A DNA stretch of 64,000 nt from NCBI GenBank assembly GCA_963697595.1, contig CAVOON010000002.1:15564-79563 (forward strand), in the 5' to 3' direction. Positions 1 to 10,794 of the stretch are shown in pieces. A program made the position numbers and the translations under genes. Under the pieces are notes generated by a model that was not told the origin of the DNA, made no database searches, and saw nothing but the letters and a program-made list of their open reading frames with translations. This DNA comes from an uncultured Alphaproteobacteria bacterium. GTDB taxonomy: Bacteria > Pseudomonadota > Alphaproteobacteria > Rhizobiales > Beijerinckiaceae. Within the stretch, counting starts at the first letter, position 1; each line of letters opens with the position of its first letter.

Positions 1-1479
1 AGATAAACGTTTGTTCGAGACGCTCGCCCGCTTCAGCAAGGCGAGTCGCCAGCCGATCGCTTTCGCCTCCGATGCTCTGCGCGAGCTGGCCGCCGACCGT
101 TTCGAGACGTTCGAGCATACTGGCGCTGCGCGTTCCAAAGTCGGTGGTCAGCGTCTCGCCCGTCGCCTGCAGCTTGCGATCCACCTCCGTCACGCCGGCG
201 GTGAAACGCTCGGCCACGTCCTGCGTAGCTGCGGTAATCTTTTGCGATACCTCGTCGCCCGTTTGGGTCAACCTGTCGATGACCTGCGCGCTCCGATCGC
301 CCAGAACCCTTTCAATGCCGTCGCTGGCGCGTTCCAGAGCGATTTTCACTTCCTCGCTCTTCGAACCCAGGGCGCTGGCGACGCGATTTCCGGCATCGCT
401 GACCTGTTCGGCGATTTGCGCCGAGGCGGTCGACAGGTCTTGCGATAAAAATCGCGTGCGCCAAACAGCGCCGTGCGAGCATTATCGGCGTTGACGACTA
501 TGGCTTCACGCTCTCGCGCCAGTTCGTCGATCAGCAACCGGATGCGACGCTCGTTGTCAGAATAAGAGCGCTCCAGATTCGTCACCTCTGTGCGGACGAT
601 GACTTCCAGCTCGCCGGCGCGCGACAGCGCCCGTTCGATGCCGTCGCCCATCGACGCCGCTTCGCGGCGAATGGCTTGCGAGAGCGCGACCACCTGCTCG
701 GTCGCGATGGTTTCCGGTTCGATCAGCCTGATGGCGACTTCGGTCATCGCGTTGGCGATCAGGCGCATCTCATGTGCGCGCCGCGCCATGACGCCCGTGA
801 CGAACATGAAGACGATCGGCGCAAATAGCGCGAGGATCGTAAGGATAGGTTTTGGGGCCAGGAACGAGCGGTCCTCGCCCAGAATGTCGGCTTGATGGAA
901 GAAGACAAACAGCGTCCACAGCGCAGCCCAGGCGGCGATCGAAAGGAGCGTGAGGCCCATGATCGCTCGATTGGGCTCGATCTGCAGCGCTTGCCGCAAT
1001 TCGCCGATTGTTCTTCGGTCGTCGTTTGCTGGCTGAGTCTTGGGCGCGACAGGCGGCGACTTCTGCTGATTCGTCGCAGGCGCGGAGGGGCCGCTTCCGG
1101 CCGCCGGGGCTTTTGTCGGCGCTGGCGGCGGAGATGCCTTAGCTTGGGTGGGCTGCTGAGAGGCTTCCGCCGCCGCACGCGTCGCGGTAAGCGGCTCTCG
1201 GGCTTCCTTCTCCGCCTTGTCGGTCGGCTTGGCGCGCGGCGGCAATTGAAGATTGAGCGTGGGGTTGGCGGCGTCCTTCGCCGGCTCGATATCTGCGCTC
1301 TTTTGCGATGGAGTGGCGGCGCTCATCGCGGTGGTCATGTTGGCGGCCGGCATTTTCGTCGTCTCAGCCAGTCTCGACGCTTCCTGATCTGCTGTCTCTG
1401 GCGTATTCAGATCCAACGCCTCCTCGATCGCCGACAGAGCCGCGGCGGCCGCATCCTGGATCTTGCCCGATATTGCCAT
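1..1479 (-). CDS. Polar growth protein, GPR/RgsE-like (apolipoprotein-like helical repeats); partial, runs off the window start; apparent 1-bp frameshift near 447-451
   Basis: MAISGKIQDAAAAALSAIEEALDL start, PANDDRR motif, two TM segments, then EPETIATEQVVALSQAIRREAASMGDGIERALSRAGELE..VRTEVTNLERSYSDNE, as I recall for Agrobacterium GPR / Sinorhizobium RgsE. Adding one base to the A5 run at 447-451 continues an open helical frame (DFLSQDLSTASAQIAEQV...) to base 1. Confidence 0.7.
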
Positions 1480-1550
1480 TGCACCTTCTCCGAGCGGAAG
1501 TTCGCACGTCTCCGCTCCCATACACATCGCTCGCGCGCGACGTCAAAAGA

Positions 1551-1565
1551 TTAACCAAATCTTAC
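1551..1565. promoter_or_regulatory. Possible CtrA box (TTAA-N7-TTAC)
   Basis: TTAAccaaatcTTAC, one mismatch to TTAA-N7-TTAA, between the divergent GPR-like and Hpt genes. Confidence 0.35.
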
Positions 1566-1782
1566 AACCCTTCATTCACAATTGAAACCAGCGCGCTTTG
1601 CGAACGCCAAACGTCGTTAACGAGGCCTTCACCCTTGCCAAGCGGGCTAGGGAAAGTAGCTATGGAATCAGTCGCGGAGACCGCGGCGGAGCGGTTTCCG
1701 ATGACGACGTAAAGCATGGTCGGTAGAGGTCGGCGCGACGGGCCAGCGGCCCCCGGCGCGCAATGCGCCGAGAAATTTTCAA

Positions 1783-2211
1783 ATGACGCTGAAATTGGAG
1801 ATACCTATGGGAAGATCAGCCACTGCTGAACCATTCGACCTTCAAACGATCAATTCCCCCCAGCGCGAACCAGCTAGCGAGCTCGTGATAGATCTGGTGC
1901 ATTTGTCGCGCCAGACGCTCGGAGATAGCGCTCTGGAAAGCGAACTCCTGACATTGTTCGATCGTCAGGCTCAGCAACTTGCTATTCGTCTGGGGACCGT
2001 CCCGACGGCGGACGAAGCCCGGTGGCGCGCGGAGATGGCGCACACGCTCAAGGGGTCGGCTCGAGCCATCGGAGCGTTCCATCTCGGTGACGCCGCTGAA
2101 GCCTACGAGGCCGCAATCCGATCCGATGCTTCAGATTTAACTTCGACTTGGCGCCGGCTGCAGGTCGCCATAGACCGGGCGCATGAGGAGATTGGAAGAC
2201 TGCTCAGATAG
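1783..2211 (+). CDS. Hpt (histidine phosphotransfer) domain protein
   Basis: IDLVHLSRQTLGD..LE.ELL.LF and AHTLKGSARAIGA (HxLKGS motif). Confidence 0.85.
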   Translation: MTLKLEIPMGRSATAEPFDLQTINSPQREPASELVIDLVHLSRQTLGDSALESELLTLFDRQAQQLAIRLGTVPTADEARWRAEMAHTLKGSARAIGAFHLGDAAEAYEAAIRSDASDLTSTWRRLQVAIDRAHEEIGRLLR

Positions 2212-2310
2212 CGCCAGCGCGACCCCTCCGCGAGTTCGACGTGAGGCTTGCAGAAACCTGTGCAAAGTTTTCATAGCTCGCAAAATATAGTGGATAAGCC
2301 AAGCTTTCGC

Positions 2311-3201
2311 TCAAAATGGACTGAGCGGGAAGTATTTGAGGTAGAGCTCGGCATAGGTTCCGCGCTGCGCGAGGCGGGCCAGCGCGTAATCGATTGCAAG
2401 ACGGACCGGCTTGGCGCCTCTTCTGACCGCGATGCCGGCGCCCTCTCCAAAATAACGCGAGTCCACGTAGGGGCCGCCTTTGAAAGCGCAGCAGGCGGAA
2501 GCCTCCGCTCCATTAAGCCAATAGGACAGGGATATGGCGTCGCCAAACAACGCGTTCACGCGCCCGGTTTTGAGCGCGGCGCGGGCCGACTCCTCATTCT
2601 CGAATGTCGACAGGCGCGATTTTGGAAAAAAAGCCTTGAGGTAAGCCTCGTGCGTGGAGCCTGTGACGACGGCAATGAGGCGGTCCTCCAACGCTTCAGG
2701 CGAGGCTGTGGTCAAAGTAGTGTCGACTCGCATCGCGAAACGTCCCGGCGTCAGGTAATAGGGAGCTGTGAAATCCACCAAAGCGCGATTTTCAGCCGTT
2801 ATCGCCAATGAAGCGATGATGGCGTCCGCGCTGTTGTCCTCAAGCGCGGGAATCAATAAATCCCAACGGCGTCGCTGAATCGTGCAACTCAATTCCAGCT
2901 CTTCACAGATGGCGCGTGCGAGATCGACGTTAAACCCGGCTATCTGTCCGTCCGGCAAAGCAAAATTGAAGGGCGGATAATCGTCTTCGGTGACAAAGCG
3001 CACCTGCCTGATTTCATGCAGATCGGGCTTCGGGAGCCTGTGGGCGGGATCCCAGAACGTCGGCGTCGCCGCTGCTTCCTGTCCCTCAGCCTTCGCGGCG
3101 GCGTTGCAGGTCAACAGCGCTGCGGCGACGAAGAGCAAGGAAAATGCCCTCGCACGAGCGCGTTTTGCGCTCTCCGCTCCCTTTGCGATCGAATTCGTCA
3201 A
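2311..3201 (-). CDS. Amino-acid ABC transporter substrate-binding protein (family 3)
   Basis: Signal peptide; FVTEDDYPPFNF, GFNVDLARAICEEL, WD.LIPAL motifs. Confidence 0.85.
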   Translation of the reverse strand: MTNSIAKGAESAKRARARAFSLLFVAAALLTCNAAAKAEGQEAAATPTFWDPAHRLPKPDLHEIRQVRFVTEDDYPPFNFALPDGQIAGFNVDLARAICEELELSCTIQRRRWDLLIPALEDNSADAIIASLAITAENRALVDFTAPYYLTPGRFAMRVDTTLTTASPEALEDRLIAVVTGSTHEAYLKAFFPKSRLSTFENEESARAALKTGRVNALFGDAISLSYWLNGAEASACCAFKGGPYVDSRYFGEGAGIAVRRGAKPVRLAIDYALARLAQRGTYAELYLKYFPLSPF

Positions 3202-3251
3202 AGCCCGACTCCGGCGCTACCCGCCTTTGCGAGCGCCATCGCAAATTATAT

Positions 3252-3774
3252 TCAAAACGGTATGTCGTCATCAAGCTGGTCGGAGAGTCGGCCGCCGCCG
3301 CTGGCCGGCGCCTGCCGGCGCTCTGCTCCGGAACGCTCCATGGGTGAGGAGCGTCCGAAGCTGCCGCCGCTTTCTCGACCTCCGGCGCTCTGGGAATCAT
3401 AGTCGCCTTCGCCGCGGCCGCCCTTGCTGTCGAGGAGGGTCAGTTCGCCACGAAAGCGCTGCAGCACAATGTCGGTCGCTTTGCGCTGATTGCCATCCTT
3501 GTCGGTGTATTCGCGCGTCGCCAATTGGCCTTCAAGATAGATCTTGGAGCCCTTGCGGCAGTATTGCTCGGCGATCTTGCCAAGATTTCTCATTGAAAAT
3601 GGAGATGTTATGCCATTCGGTGCGGTCTTTGCGCTCTCCGGTGTTCTTGTCACGCCAGGATTCCGTTGTCGCGAGCGAGAATGACACCACACGATCGCCA
3701 GAGGGCAATGTGCGCACTTCCGGGTCACGGCCAAGATTGCCGACGAGGATCACCTTGTTGACGCTGCCCGCCAT
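3252..3774 (-). CDS. ssb: Single-stranded DNA-binding protein; apparent 1-bp frameshift at TTT 3586-3588
   Basis: [21 protein letters not shown]...[10 protein letters not shown] in one frame; [22 protein letters not shown]...LDDDIPF in the next. Removing one base joins them. Confidence 0.95.
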
Positions 3775-3882
3775 ACTACTCTCCACTTCGATATTTTCCG
3801 CGTGGCACACTAGCCTAAAGCGGATGGAAGCGCGGTCTCATGCTTGGCTTGTCCACAGATGGTTTGGACTCAAGCCAAAAAT

Positions 3883-3897
3883 GTTCTATTTATGTTC
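3883..3897. promoter_or_regulatory. Alphaproteobacterial LexA (SOS) box GTTC-N7-GTTC shared by divergent ssb and uvrA
   Basis: GTTCtatttatGTTC is an exact match to the known alpha consensus, in the known ssb/uvrA context. Confidence 0.85.
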
Positions 3898-4051
3898 TAG
3901 CAGTCTCGCCAATGCGGCGCAAGCTGTGACCCCAATCGTTCGCGCCGATCCGGTTTTCTGTCGCCTCATAGTGTGGATTAGCTTGCGGAGCCGTGGCATG
4001 GAAAACGCAAAGGCCGAGCATCGGCGCATCTCAAAAAGGTTATAGCCCTCC

Positions 4052-7000
4052 ATGGCGAATTCCGCTGCACAAAAATCCGTCGCCAAGGGCTCGGTCAAAG
4101 CGTCCGCAGGCGTTTTGAAAGCCACGCCGGGCGACGGGAAATGCATCTCCATTCGGGGTGCGCGTGAGCATAACCTCAAAAATGTCGATTTGATCATTCC
4201 CAGGGACAAGCTTGTCGTCTTCACAGGACTTTCGGGCTCGGGCAAGTCGTCCCTGGCTTTCGACACGATCTACGCGGAAGGGCAGCGGCGCTATGTCGAG
4301 TCCCTGTCGGCTTATGCCCGGCAGTTTCTCGAAATGATGCAAAAGCCCGACGTCGACCAGATAGACGGGCTTTCGCCGGCGATCTCCATCGAACAAAAAA
4401 CCACGTCGAAGAATCCGCGCTCAACCGTTGGAACGGTCACGGAGATTTACGACTATATGCGCCTGCTTTGGGCGCGGGTGGGCGTGCCTTACTCGCCCGC
4501 CACAGGCCTGCCGATCGAGAGCCAGACCGTTTCCCAGATGGTCGATCGCGTACTCTCATTGCCGCAGGGGACTCGGCTCTATTTGCTGGCGCCGGTCGTG
4601 CGGGGCCGTAAAGGAGAATACAAAAAGGAAATCGCGGACTATACGCGGCGTGGTTTCCAGCGACTGAAGGTCGATGGCGAATATTACGAAATAGCCGAGG
4701 CGCCGCCGCTCGACAAAAAACTGAAACACGACATTGACGTCGTGGTCGATCGCATCGTCGTGCGTCCGGACATGGCGGCGCGGCTTGCCGATAGTTTCGA
4801 GACCGCTCTGGAGTTATCTGGAGGACTGGCGGTCGCTGAGTTTGCTGATGGCGGCGCCGTAGGGAGCAATGCGGAAATTCCCGTAACCGCGACTAGTCTT
4901 CGCGTTGCGTCGCATTATGCGCCGGCGCATATCGTTTTTTCTTCGAAATTTGCTTGTCCAGTTTCCGGCTTCACGATCCCGGAGATCGAGCCGCGCCTGT
5001 TCTCCTTCAATAATCCTTTTGGCGCCTGTCCCAAATGCGGCGGCATTGGTCACGAACAAAAGATCGACGCCGACCTTGTTGTGCCGGACCCCAAGCTTAC
5101 GCTGCGGAAGGGAGCGATCGCGCCTTGGGCCAAATCTTCATCGCCTTACTACATGCAGACGCTCGAAGCGCTGGGGCGTCATTACAAATTTCGTCTGGAC
5201 ACTCCATTCCAGTCGCTGCCTTCCAATGCGCAACGCGTCATTCTCTATGGCTCGGGCGAAGAGGACATTCGTTTCTCCTACGACGACAGTTTTCGCGCCT
5301 ATGACGTGAAAAAGCCGTTCGAGGGAGTTGTTCCAAATCTGGAGCGCCGCTACCTGGAGACCGACAGCGACTGGTCTCGGGAGGAAATCGGCCGCTTCAT
5401 GTCGGCGACGCCCTGTCGCGCTTGCGGCGGCTTTCGCCTGAAGCCCGAGGCTTTGGCGGTAAAGATCGCTCACAAGCATATTGGCGAGGTTTCGGAGCTG
5501 TCCGTCCGCGCCGCGCTCGACTGGTTTTCGGCGCTGCCCTCGACACTGAGCGCCAAGCAAAACGAGATTGCCTATCGCATTTTGAAGGAAATCCGCGACC
5601 GCCTCACTTTCCTTGTCGACGTCGGGCTCGATTACCTCACATTGTCGCGCAACTCGGGCTCATTGTCCGGCGGCGAAAGTCAGCGCATCCGACTCGCTTC
5701 GCAGATCGGTTCTGGGCTGACAGGCGTGCTTTATGTGCTCGACGAGCCGTCGATCGGCCTGCATCAACGCGACAATGATCGGCTTTTGGACACATTGCGG
5801 CGACTGCGCGATCTCGGCAACAGCGTCATTGTCGTAGAACATGACGAAGACGCTATTCTCGCCGCGGATTATGTCGTCGACGTCGGCCCGGGAGCCGGCA
5901 TTCACGGCGGCAAGATTATCGCGCAGGGGACGCCGGCGCAGATCATGGCGAATCCCAAATCGCTCACCGGTCAATATCTGACCGGCGAGCGTCAGGTGAA
6001 GCTCGCACATAAATTGCGCAAGCCCGAGGCGGGCCGTTGGCTCAAGCTCTTCGGCGCGCGCGGCAATAATCTGAAGAACATTGACGCGCAGATTCCCCTT
6101 GGACTTTTCACCTGCATCACAGGCGTCTCCGGCGGCGGCAAGTCGACGCTGATCATCGAGACGCTTTACAAGGCGGTGGCGAAGAAGCTAAACGGCGCGC
6201 ACGAACATCCGGAGCCTTTCGACAAACTCGAGGGGTTGGAGCATATCGACAAGATCATTGACATTGATCAGTCGCCGATTGGCCGCACGCCACGCTCAAA
6301 TCCCGCCACCTATACGGGCGCCTTTACTCCGATCAGAGAATGGTTCGCCGGCCTACCCGAAGCCAAGGCGCGCGGCTATGCGCCGGGACGCTTTTCCTTC
6401 AATGTGAAGGGTGGCCGTTGCGAAGCCTGCCAGGGCGACGGCGTCATAAAAATCGAGATGCATTTTCTGCCTGACGTCTATGTCACTTGCGACGTCTGCA
6501 AGGGAAAGCGTTACGACCGCGAAACCCTGGAAGTAAAATATCGCGAAAAATCCATCGCCGACGTGCTCGACATGACAGTGGAAGAGGCGGCGCAATTGTT
6601 CAAAGCCGCGCCGTTGATCCGCGACAAGCTGGAGACTTTAAAACGCGTGGGGCTTGACTACGTCAGCGTGGGTCAGCAGGCGACGACGCTCTCAGGGGGC
6701 GAGGCGCAGCGCGTGAAGCTCGCCAAGGAGTTGGCCCGACGCTCTACCGGACGCACGCTCTATATTCTCGACGAGCCGACGACAGGCCTGCATTTCCACG
6801 ACGTGGCCAAGCTGCTGGAAGTGCTGCATGAACTGGTGGCGCAGGGCAACAGCGTCGTGGTCATTGAGCACAATCTGGAAGTCATCAAGACCGCGGATTG
6901 GGTCATCGACCTTGGGCCGGAGGGCGGCGACGGTGGCGGCGATATTGTTGTGGCGGGACCGCCGGCGGAGATTGTGAAGGAAAAGCGCAGCTACACGGGC

Positions 7001-7087
7001 CACTACCTCGCAGACGCCATGGCGCGGAGGCCGGTCAAGGAGATCCCGGAGCAAAAAAGCGTGAAAAGATCGGCGAGACAGAGCTAG
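4052..7087 (+). CDS. uvrA: Excinuclease ABC subunit A
   Basis: GAREHNLKN, two Walker A motifs ([18 protein letters not shown]), LSGGE signatures, Zn-finger CxxC pairs. Confidence 0.98.
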   Translation: MANSAAQKSVAKGSVKASAGVLKATPGDGKCISIRGAREHNLKNVDLIIPRDKLVVFTGLSGSGKSSLAFDTIYAEGQRRYVESLSAYARQFLEMMQKPDVDQIDGLSPAISIEQKTTSKNPRSTVGTVTEIYDYMRLLWARVGVPYSPATGLPIESQTVSQMVDRVLSLPQGTRLYLLAPVVRGRKGEYKKEIADYTRRGFQRLKVDGEYYEIAEAPPLDKKLKHDIDVVVDRIVVRPDMAARLADSFETALELSGGLAVAEFADGGAVGSNAEIPVTATSLRVASHYAPAHIVFSSKFACPVSGFTIPEIEPRLFSFNNPFGACPKCGGIGHEQKIDADLVVPDPKLTLRKGAIAPWAKSSSPYYMQTLEALGRHYKFRLDTPFQSLPSNAQRVILYGSGEEDIRFSYDDSFRAYDVKKPFEGVVPNLERRYLETDSDWSREEIGRFMSATPCRACGGFRLKPEALAVKIAHKHIGEVSELSVRAALDWFSALPSTLSAKQNEIAYRILKEIRDRLTFLVDVGLDYLTLSRNSGSLSGGESQRIRLASQIGSGLTGVLYVLDEPSIGLHQRDNDRLLDTLRRLRDLGNSVIVVEHDEDAILAADYVVDVGPGAGIHGGKIIAQGTPAQIMANPKSLTGQYLTGERQVKLAHKLRKPEAGRWLKLFGARGNNLKNIDAQIPLGLFTCITGVSGGGKSTLIIETLYKAVAKKLNGAHEHPEPFDKLEGLEHIDKIIDIDQSPIGRTPRSNPATYTGAFTPIREWFAGLPEAKARGYAPGRFSFNVKGGRCEACQGDGVIKIEMHFLPDVYVTCDVCKGKRYDRETLEVKYREKSIADVLDMTVEEAAQLFKAAPLIRDKLETLKRVGLDYVSVGQQATTLSGGEAQRVKLAKELARRSTGRTLYILDEPTTGLHFHDVAKLLEVLHELVAQGNSVVVIEHNLEVIKTADWVIDLGPEGGDGGGDIVVAGPPAEIVKEKRSYTGHYLADAMARRPVKEIPEQKSVKRSARQS

Positions 7088-8358
7088 GATATTTGCAAAG
7101 CGGTGCGATCGGTCAGCGCCGCATCTTGCTGTTGTTGCGCTTCCCATTTTTGTCGAGCGGCCTCCAATCCCCAGACAACCCCCAACATCATCAGCACGTG
7201 GCGCCAGTGGTCGATGTCGATCTGGAAAGCTTGAAAAAAGAAAGCCAGCAGGGTCGGAACGAACACCTGCGCCTGGCGCTGGTATGGCGACGATCTGAAC
7301 ATCAGCGTCAGGCCGATGAAAGAGGTCACGCTGACGATGAGAATAAATAAAAAGCCGCCGAGCCAGCCGTCGTTGGCGAAGGCGCCGATGTAGGAATTAT
7401 GCGGTTCCAGATCGAATATGGTGCGAAAGCGCAAGGGGCCGAAACCCCAAAATCGCTCGACCAGCATTGGCAGCGAACGCAGCTGGTTGCCAAATCGTCC
7501 CGTCGCGCCTTCGTCGTACTCCTGCGTCACGGAGGCCCGTTGCAAAAACAGGTCGCGGGTCGACTCCATCGACAGCAGCGCCAGCACGACCACCGCGGCG
7601 ACAGCGAGCGCGACGAACGCCGAGACGGCGATGCGTTTCTTCAGCCGGAGATTTCTCGTGGTCCTGTAACCGGTGAAGGCCATCAACGTGATCGCAAAAA
7701 TCGTCGCTCCCCAGGAACCGCGGGAAAATGACAGAAAGATTGCGGCGACGACAATCGCCAGCATGACGACTGTAGCCAGGACATGGCGGGCTCGGGCGAA
7801 CATAAGGTTCTGCGCAAGATACAAAGCCGCGAGGATCAGGAAGGAACCGAGCACGTTCGGATCCTTGAAGGTTCCCGCTGCGCGTCCCCAAGTGGCGAAG
7901 ATTGAGCCGAAGCCCCCCAAATCGAAATAACCGATTATGCCCGCGGCCGAGGCGATCAGCGCCCCGGCGGTGAAGCCGGTCAGGATCAATTCCGTGCGCC
8001 GCTCCGTGCGGTCGGCGGCAAACAGCGCAAAGAACAATGCAGTTAGCGTGAGATAGGCGGACTGATATTGGTACATCGCGGATTCCGCGACATGCCAATA
8101 GGGAATCAACGAGAAAAAGCCGCATGTCGTATAAGACAGCAGGAGAGCCGCGAAGAGCAGAAAGCTCCGGTGCAGCGTGAAGCCGCCAAGGAACCATAAA
8201 GGAATCGCCACCAGGGATGCGAAATCGTAAGGCGAGGGTTCTACAAGCGCGATGGCCCCGCTTGCGACAAAAACCCAGGCGCTGAAATTGACCAGTTTTT
8301 GATAGTCGAAGAAAAGTTCAGACCGGGAGTTGGTTGGGGCGGCGCTCAGATGCGTCAT
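7084..8358 (-). CDS. O-antigen ligase/Wzy-like polysaccharide membrane protein
   Basis: Multi-TM protein with [18 protein letters not shown] and PHNSYI motifs. Confidence 0.75.
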   Translation of the reverse strand: MTHLSAAPTNSRSELFFDYQKLVNFSAWVFVASGAIALVEPSPYDFASLVAIPLWFLGGFTLHRSFLLFAALLLSYTTCGFFSLIPYWHVAESAMYQYQSAYLTLTALFFALFAADRTERRTELILTGFTAGALIASAAGIIGYFDLGGFGSIFATWGRAAGTFKDPNVLGSFLILAALYLAQNLMFARARHVLATVVMLAIVVAAIFLSFSRGSWGATIFAITLMAFTGYRTTRNLRLKKRIAVSAFVALAVAAVVVLALLSMESTRDLFLQRASVTQEYDEGATGRFGNQLRSLPMLVERFWGFGPLRFRTIFDLEPHNSYIGAFANDGWLGGFLFILIVSVTSFIGLTLMFRSSPYQRQAQVFVPTLLAFFFQAFQIDIDHWRHVLMMLGVVWGLEAARQKWEAQQQQDAALTDRTALQIS

Positions 8359-9548
8359 GGCCGCGCCTTTATCGCCAGCGCCTCGCGATATCCGTTGATA
8401 ACTCCCTCGACCATACCGGACAACGGGAAGCGCGTGGAGATATATTCAGCCAGCCGGCGGGAGTTTTCTTCCTGTTCTCGCGGCTTTTCGTCGAGCGCGC
8501 GTTGGAGGGCGTCACAGAGTATCTTAGGGTCTCCGCAGGCAATCAGGCGATCGCTGTAAGGCCCGAATATTTCAGCCATGCCGCCAACACGCGTGGCGAT
8601 GATTGGCTTGTGTGCGCCCGCCGCCTCCAGCACTATATAAGGAAGGGATTCCGAACGGCTCGGCACCACCATAATCCGCCCTCGTGCAAACGCGGCGCGC
8701 GCGGCCATTGGCGCCCGGAAACTCAGCTGCGTCGAGATTCCGAGGCGTTGCGCCCTAGCGATCAGGGCGGCCTTTTCGAAGCCGTCGCCCACCAGCAAGA
8801 GGCTCGGACGCAGGTTCGTCGTCTTGATCAAAAGTCCCATCGCGTCGATGAGAGTGTCCAGCCCCTTGGCGACGCGAAACTCGCCGACATAAAGGAGGTC
8901 GGCGGCGTCATCTCTTAGCGGCACCGGTTCCAGCTCGTAAGGTGCAATGCCATTGCGCACCACATGAGCGAGATGACGGGGCTTGCCGACAAGCGCTTCA
9001 AAGCGGTTGGCGATATAGGCGCTTTCGAACAGTAAAATGTCCGTGCGATAGGCGAGGATCGCCTCCATCGTCATATAGAGTCGGTGGCTCACGGCGCCCG
9101 GATGATAGTTCAGGCTGCCCCCATGCGGCGTATAGGCGCGTATGGCGCGAGACTGCATCGAGGGCAATCCGGCGAGTTGAGCGAATAGCCCTCCCTTGGA
9201 TCCATGACCGTGCACGACGTCGGGACGAATTTTGGCCAGTCGTCTCGCAACAGCGCCCAAAACAGTAAAATCGCTGATGTCGGGCAGGCGAACCATCGGT
9301 AGACGAAGAAGACCGAGCGCGAGATGTGGCTCCAGTTCGGCGAGTTGGTCGTCGCCGCGGGCGCCGCCGGTCAGAGAATCCGCTATGAGGCCGACTTGAT
9401 GGCCTCTTGCGATCTGCTCCCAGGCGAGATCGCGGACGTGACGAAAAAGTCCCCCGACCGGAGCCCGCAGAACATGGACTATTCGCAAAGGCTTCGCAGT
9501 GGGTATGTTTGGAGTGACAGCCAGGTCACCGGAGGTCAACTGCGTCAC
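8355..9548 (-). CDS. Glycosyltransferase family 4
   Basis: VHVLRAPVGGLFRHV, HGHGSKGG, VVPSRSESLPYIVLEA (Ex7E) motifs. Confidence 0.88.
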   Translation of the reverse strand: MTQLTSGDLAVTPNIPTAKPLRIVHVLRAPVGGLFRHVRDLAWEQIARGHQVGLIADSLTGGARGDDQLAELEPHLALGLLRLPMVRLPDISDFTVLGAVARRLAKIRPDVVHGHGSKGGLFAQLAGLPSMQSRAIRAYTPHGGSLNYHPGAVSHRLYMTMEAILAYRTDILLFESAYIANRFEALVGKPRHLAHVVRNGIAPYELEPVPLRDDAADLLYVGEFRVAKGLDTLIDAMGLLIKTTNLRPSLLLVGDGFEKAALIARAQRLGISTQLSFRAPMAARAAFARGRIMVVPSRSESLPYIVLEAAGAHKPIIATRVGGMAEIFGPYSDRLIACGDPKILCDALQRALDEKPREQEENSRRLAEYISTRFPLSGMVEGVINGYREALAIKARP

Positions 9549-9881
9549 TCGCGTGGCGCCTTTCTGGTTCGGGAGGGCGCCGTCGCTACAGCGCGGCCAA
9601 TCCGTCGCGCGCCTGCCGCGCGATCCTGCGCGTCAGAATATTAGGAACAGGTTGGTTAATTTTGGATGAGCGTCGGCGTCGCGCGTGAATGGGCTATGAC
9701 CGCGGCGCTCAACCTCTGTGCTGTTGCGTGAGAGCATAGCGCCGGCTCCGCCCGGAATGGACGATTGAAACCGCTCGCGAGTAACGATCCGACCTCGACG
9801 GATTTGCTTTTTGAACTATACTAAAATAGTCGGAAAGAGGAACTGGCAGAGCGTATTGCGCGATACAGAGGGAGATCGATC

Positions 9882-10307
9882 ATGCCCGAGGACTGGGAAT
9901 ATCAGGTACGGATCAATGTCAGCGACGATTACTCGGAAATCCTGCGCCGCGATCTTGGCGACCCGGCGGTCAAGCCGATCGCGGACATTCTGTCGAAACA
10001 TCGCGCGACGCTGAAGAGCCAGTACGACGCCTTCGCCGATTATGTCTCGGAGGCGGAAAAGCGTGGGGTTGAGCATTTTCCGCTCTACAAATGGACCAAG
10101 GCGACGATCGAAGACCCCGTCAAAAAGGCGAAGCACCGTAAATCCTTTACCTTTTATGTCGAAGGCCAAGAGGTGTACGCCAAGCCGAAGGCCGACGCGC
10201 TTGAGGCGGATTTATTGCCTCTTGTCGGCGCCGGCGCGATTACGAAAGTGTCGAAACACGACACCAATCCCGCAAACAACCCTCAGGCCCCGGCGCATCT
10301 TCGCTGA
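9882..10307 (+). CDS. Hypothetical protein (soluble, 141 aa)
   Basis: RBS GAGGGAG, host-like codon usage, natural-looking sequence; no function recognised. Confidence 0.75.
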   Translation: MPEDWEYQVRINVSDDYSEILRRDLGDPAVKPIADILSKHRATLKSQYDAFADYVSEAEKRGVEHFPLYKWTKATIEDPVKKAKHRKSFTFYVEGQEVYAKPKADALEADLLPLVGAGAITKVSKHDTNPANNPQAPAHLR

Positions 10308-10424
10308 AAGAAAAGACCTTGCGGCGGCCGGACGTCATCGCATTTCCTGCTCGACCTCGCCTGTTGGATCGAGGCCGCCGTTCTCATGGCAATTTGCATC
10401 GCCTAAATGTCGTATTCGAAGGCT

Positions 10425-10471
10425 TGGTGAGCGCGCCGGGGCTCGAACCCGGGACCCTCTGATTAAAAGTC
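10425..10471. repeat. att core: 47-bp duplicate of the tRNA-Lys 3' half
   Basis: TGGTGAGCGCGCCGGGGCTCGAACCCGGGACCCTCTGATTAAAAGTC is identical to 29093-29139; flanks diverge on both sides. Confidence 0.97.
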
Positions 10472-10587
10472 TGTTATACGCCATACTATGTGTTTCTATG
10501 GGCTACGCTCCATTACAATAAATAGCTGAGATTACAGTGATCGTCTTACTATAGCTTTCGACGCTCTACCCTCCTATTCTATCCCGC

Positions 10588-10609
10588 CTGGTGACACATT
10601 GGTGACACG
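10588..10609. repeat. Integrase arm-type site (left): tandem TGGTGACAC
   Basis: CTGGTGACACATTGGTGACACG matches 29014-29035 at 21 of 22 positions. Confidence 0.7.
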
Positions 10610-10690
10610 GATGGATAATCAGTCGGGACGCCCTCGCATCGCTCGCTCGCTCGGCGCATTGCATATTCAAGTAGGACAGTAGGGGCCAAA

Positions 10691-10793
10691 AGCCGTCCAA
10701 GCCGTCCGCGCCGTAGAATATAGATATATATCAATACCTTGTGAAAAACCGTCGGTCGTCCAAAGCCGTCCATAACCGCCCCCGAGCCGTCCA
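10691..10793. repeat. Left cluster of AGCCGTCCA 9-mers around an AT-rich tract
   Basis: Exact copies at 10691, 10764 and 10785; near copies at 10700 and 10754; AT tract AGAATATAGATATATATCAATA between them. Confidence 0.8.
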
Positions 10794-10794
10794 A

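Noticed and set aside
3252-3774. ssb, amtB, gspI and gspJ as pseudogenes
   Set aside because: Single-base shifts with otherwise intact sequence; the pattern fits sequencing error.
3849-3857. DnaA-box-like TTGTCCACA
   Set aside because: Single one-mismatch copy with no origin context.
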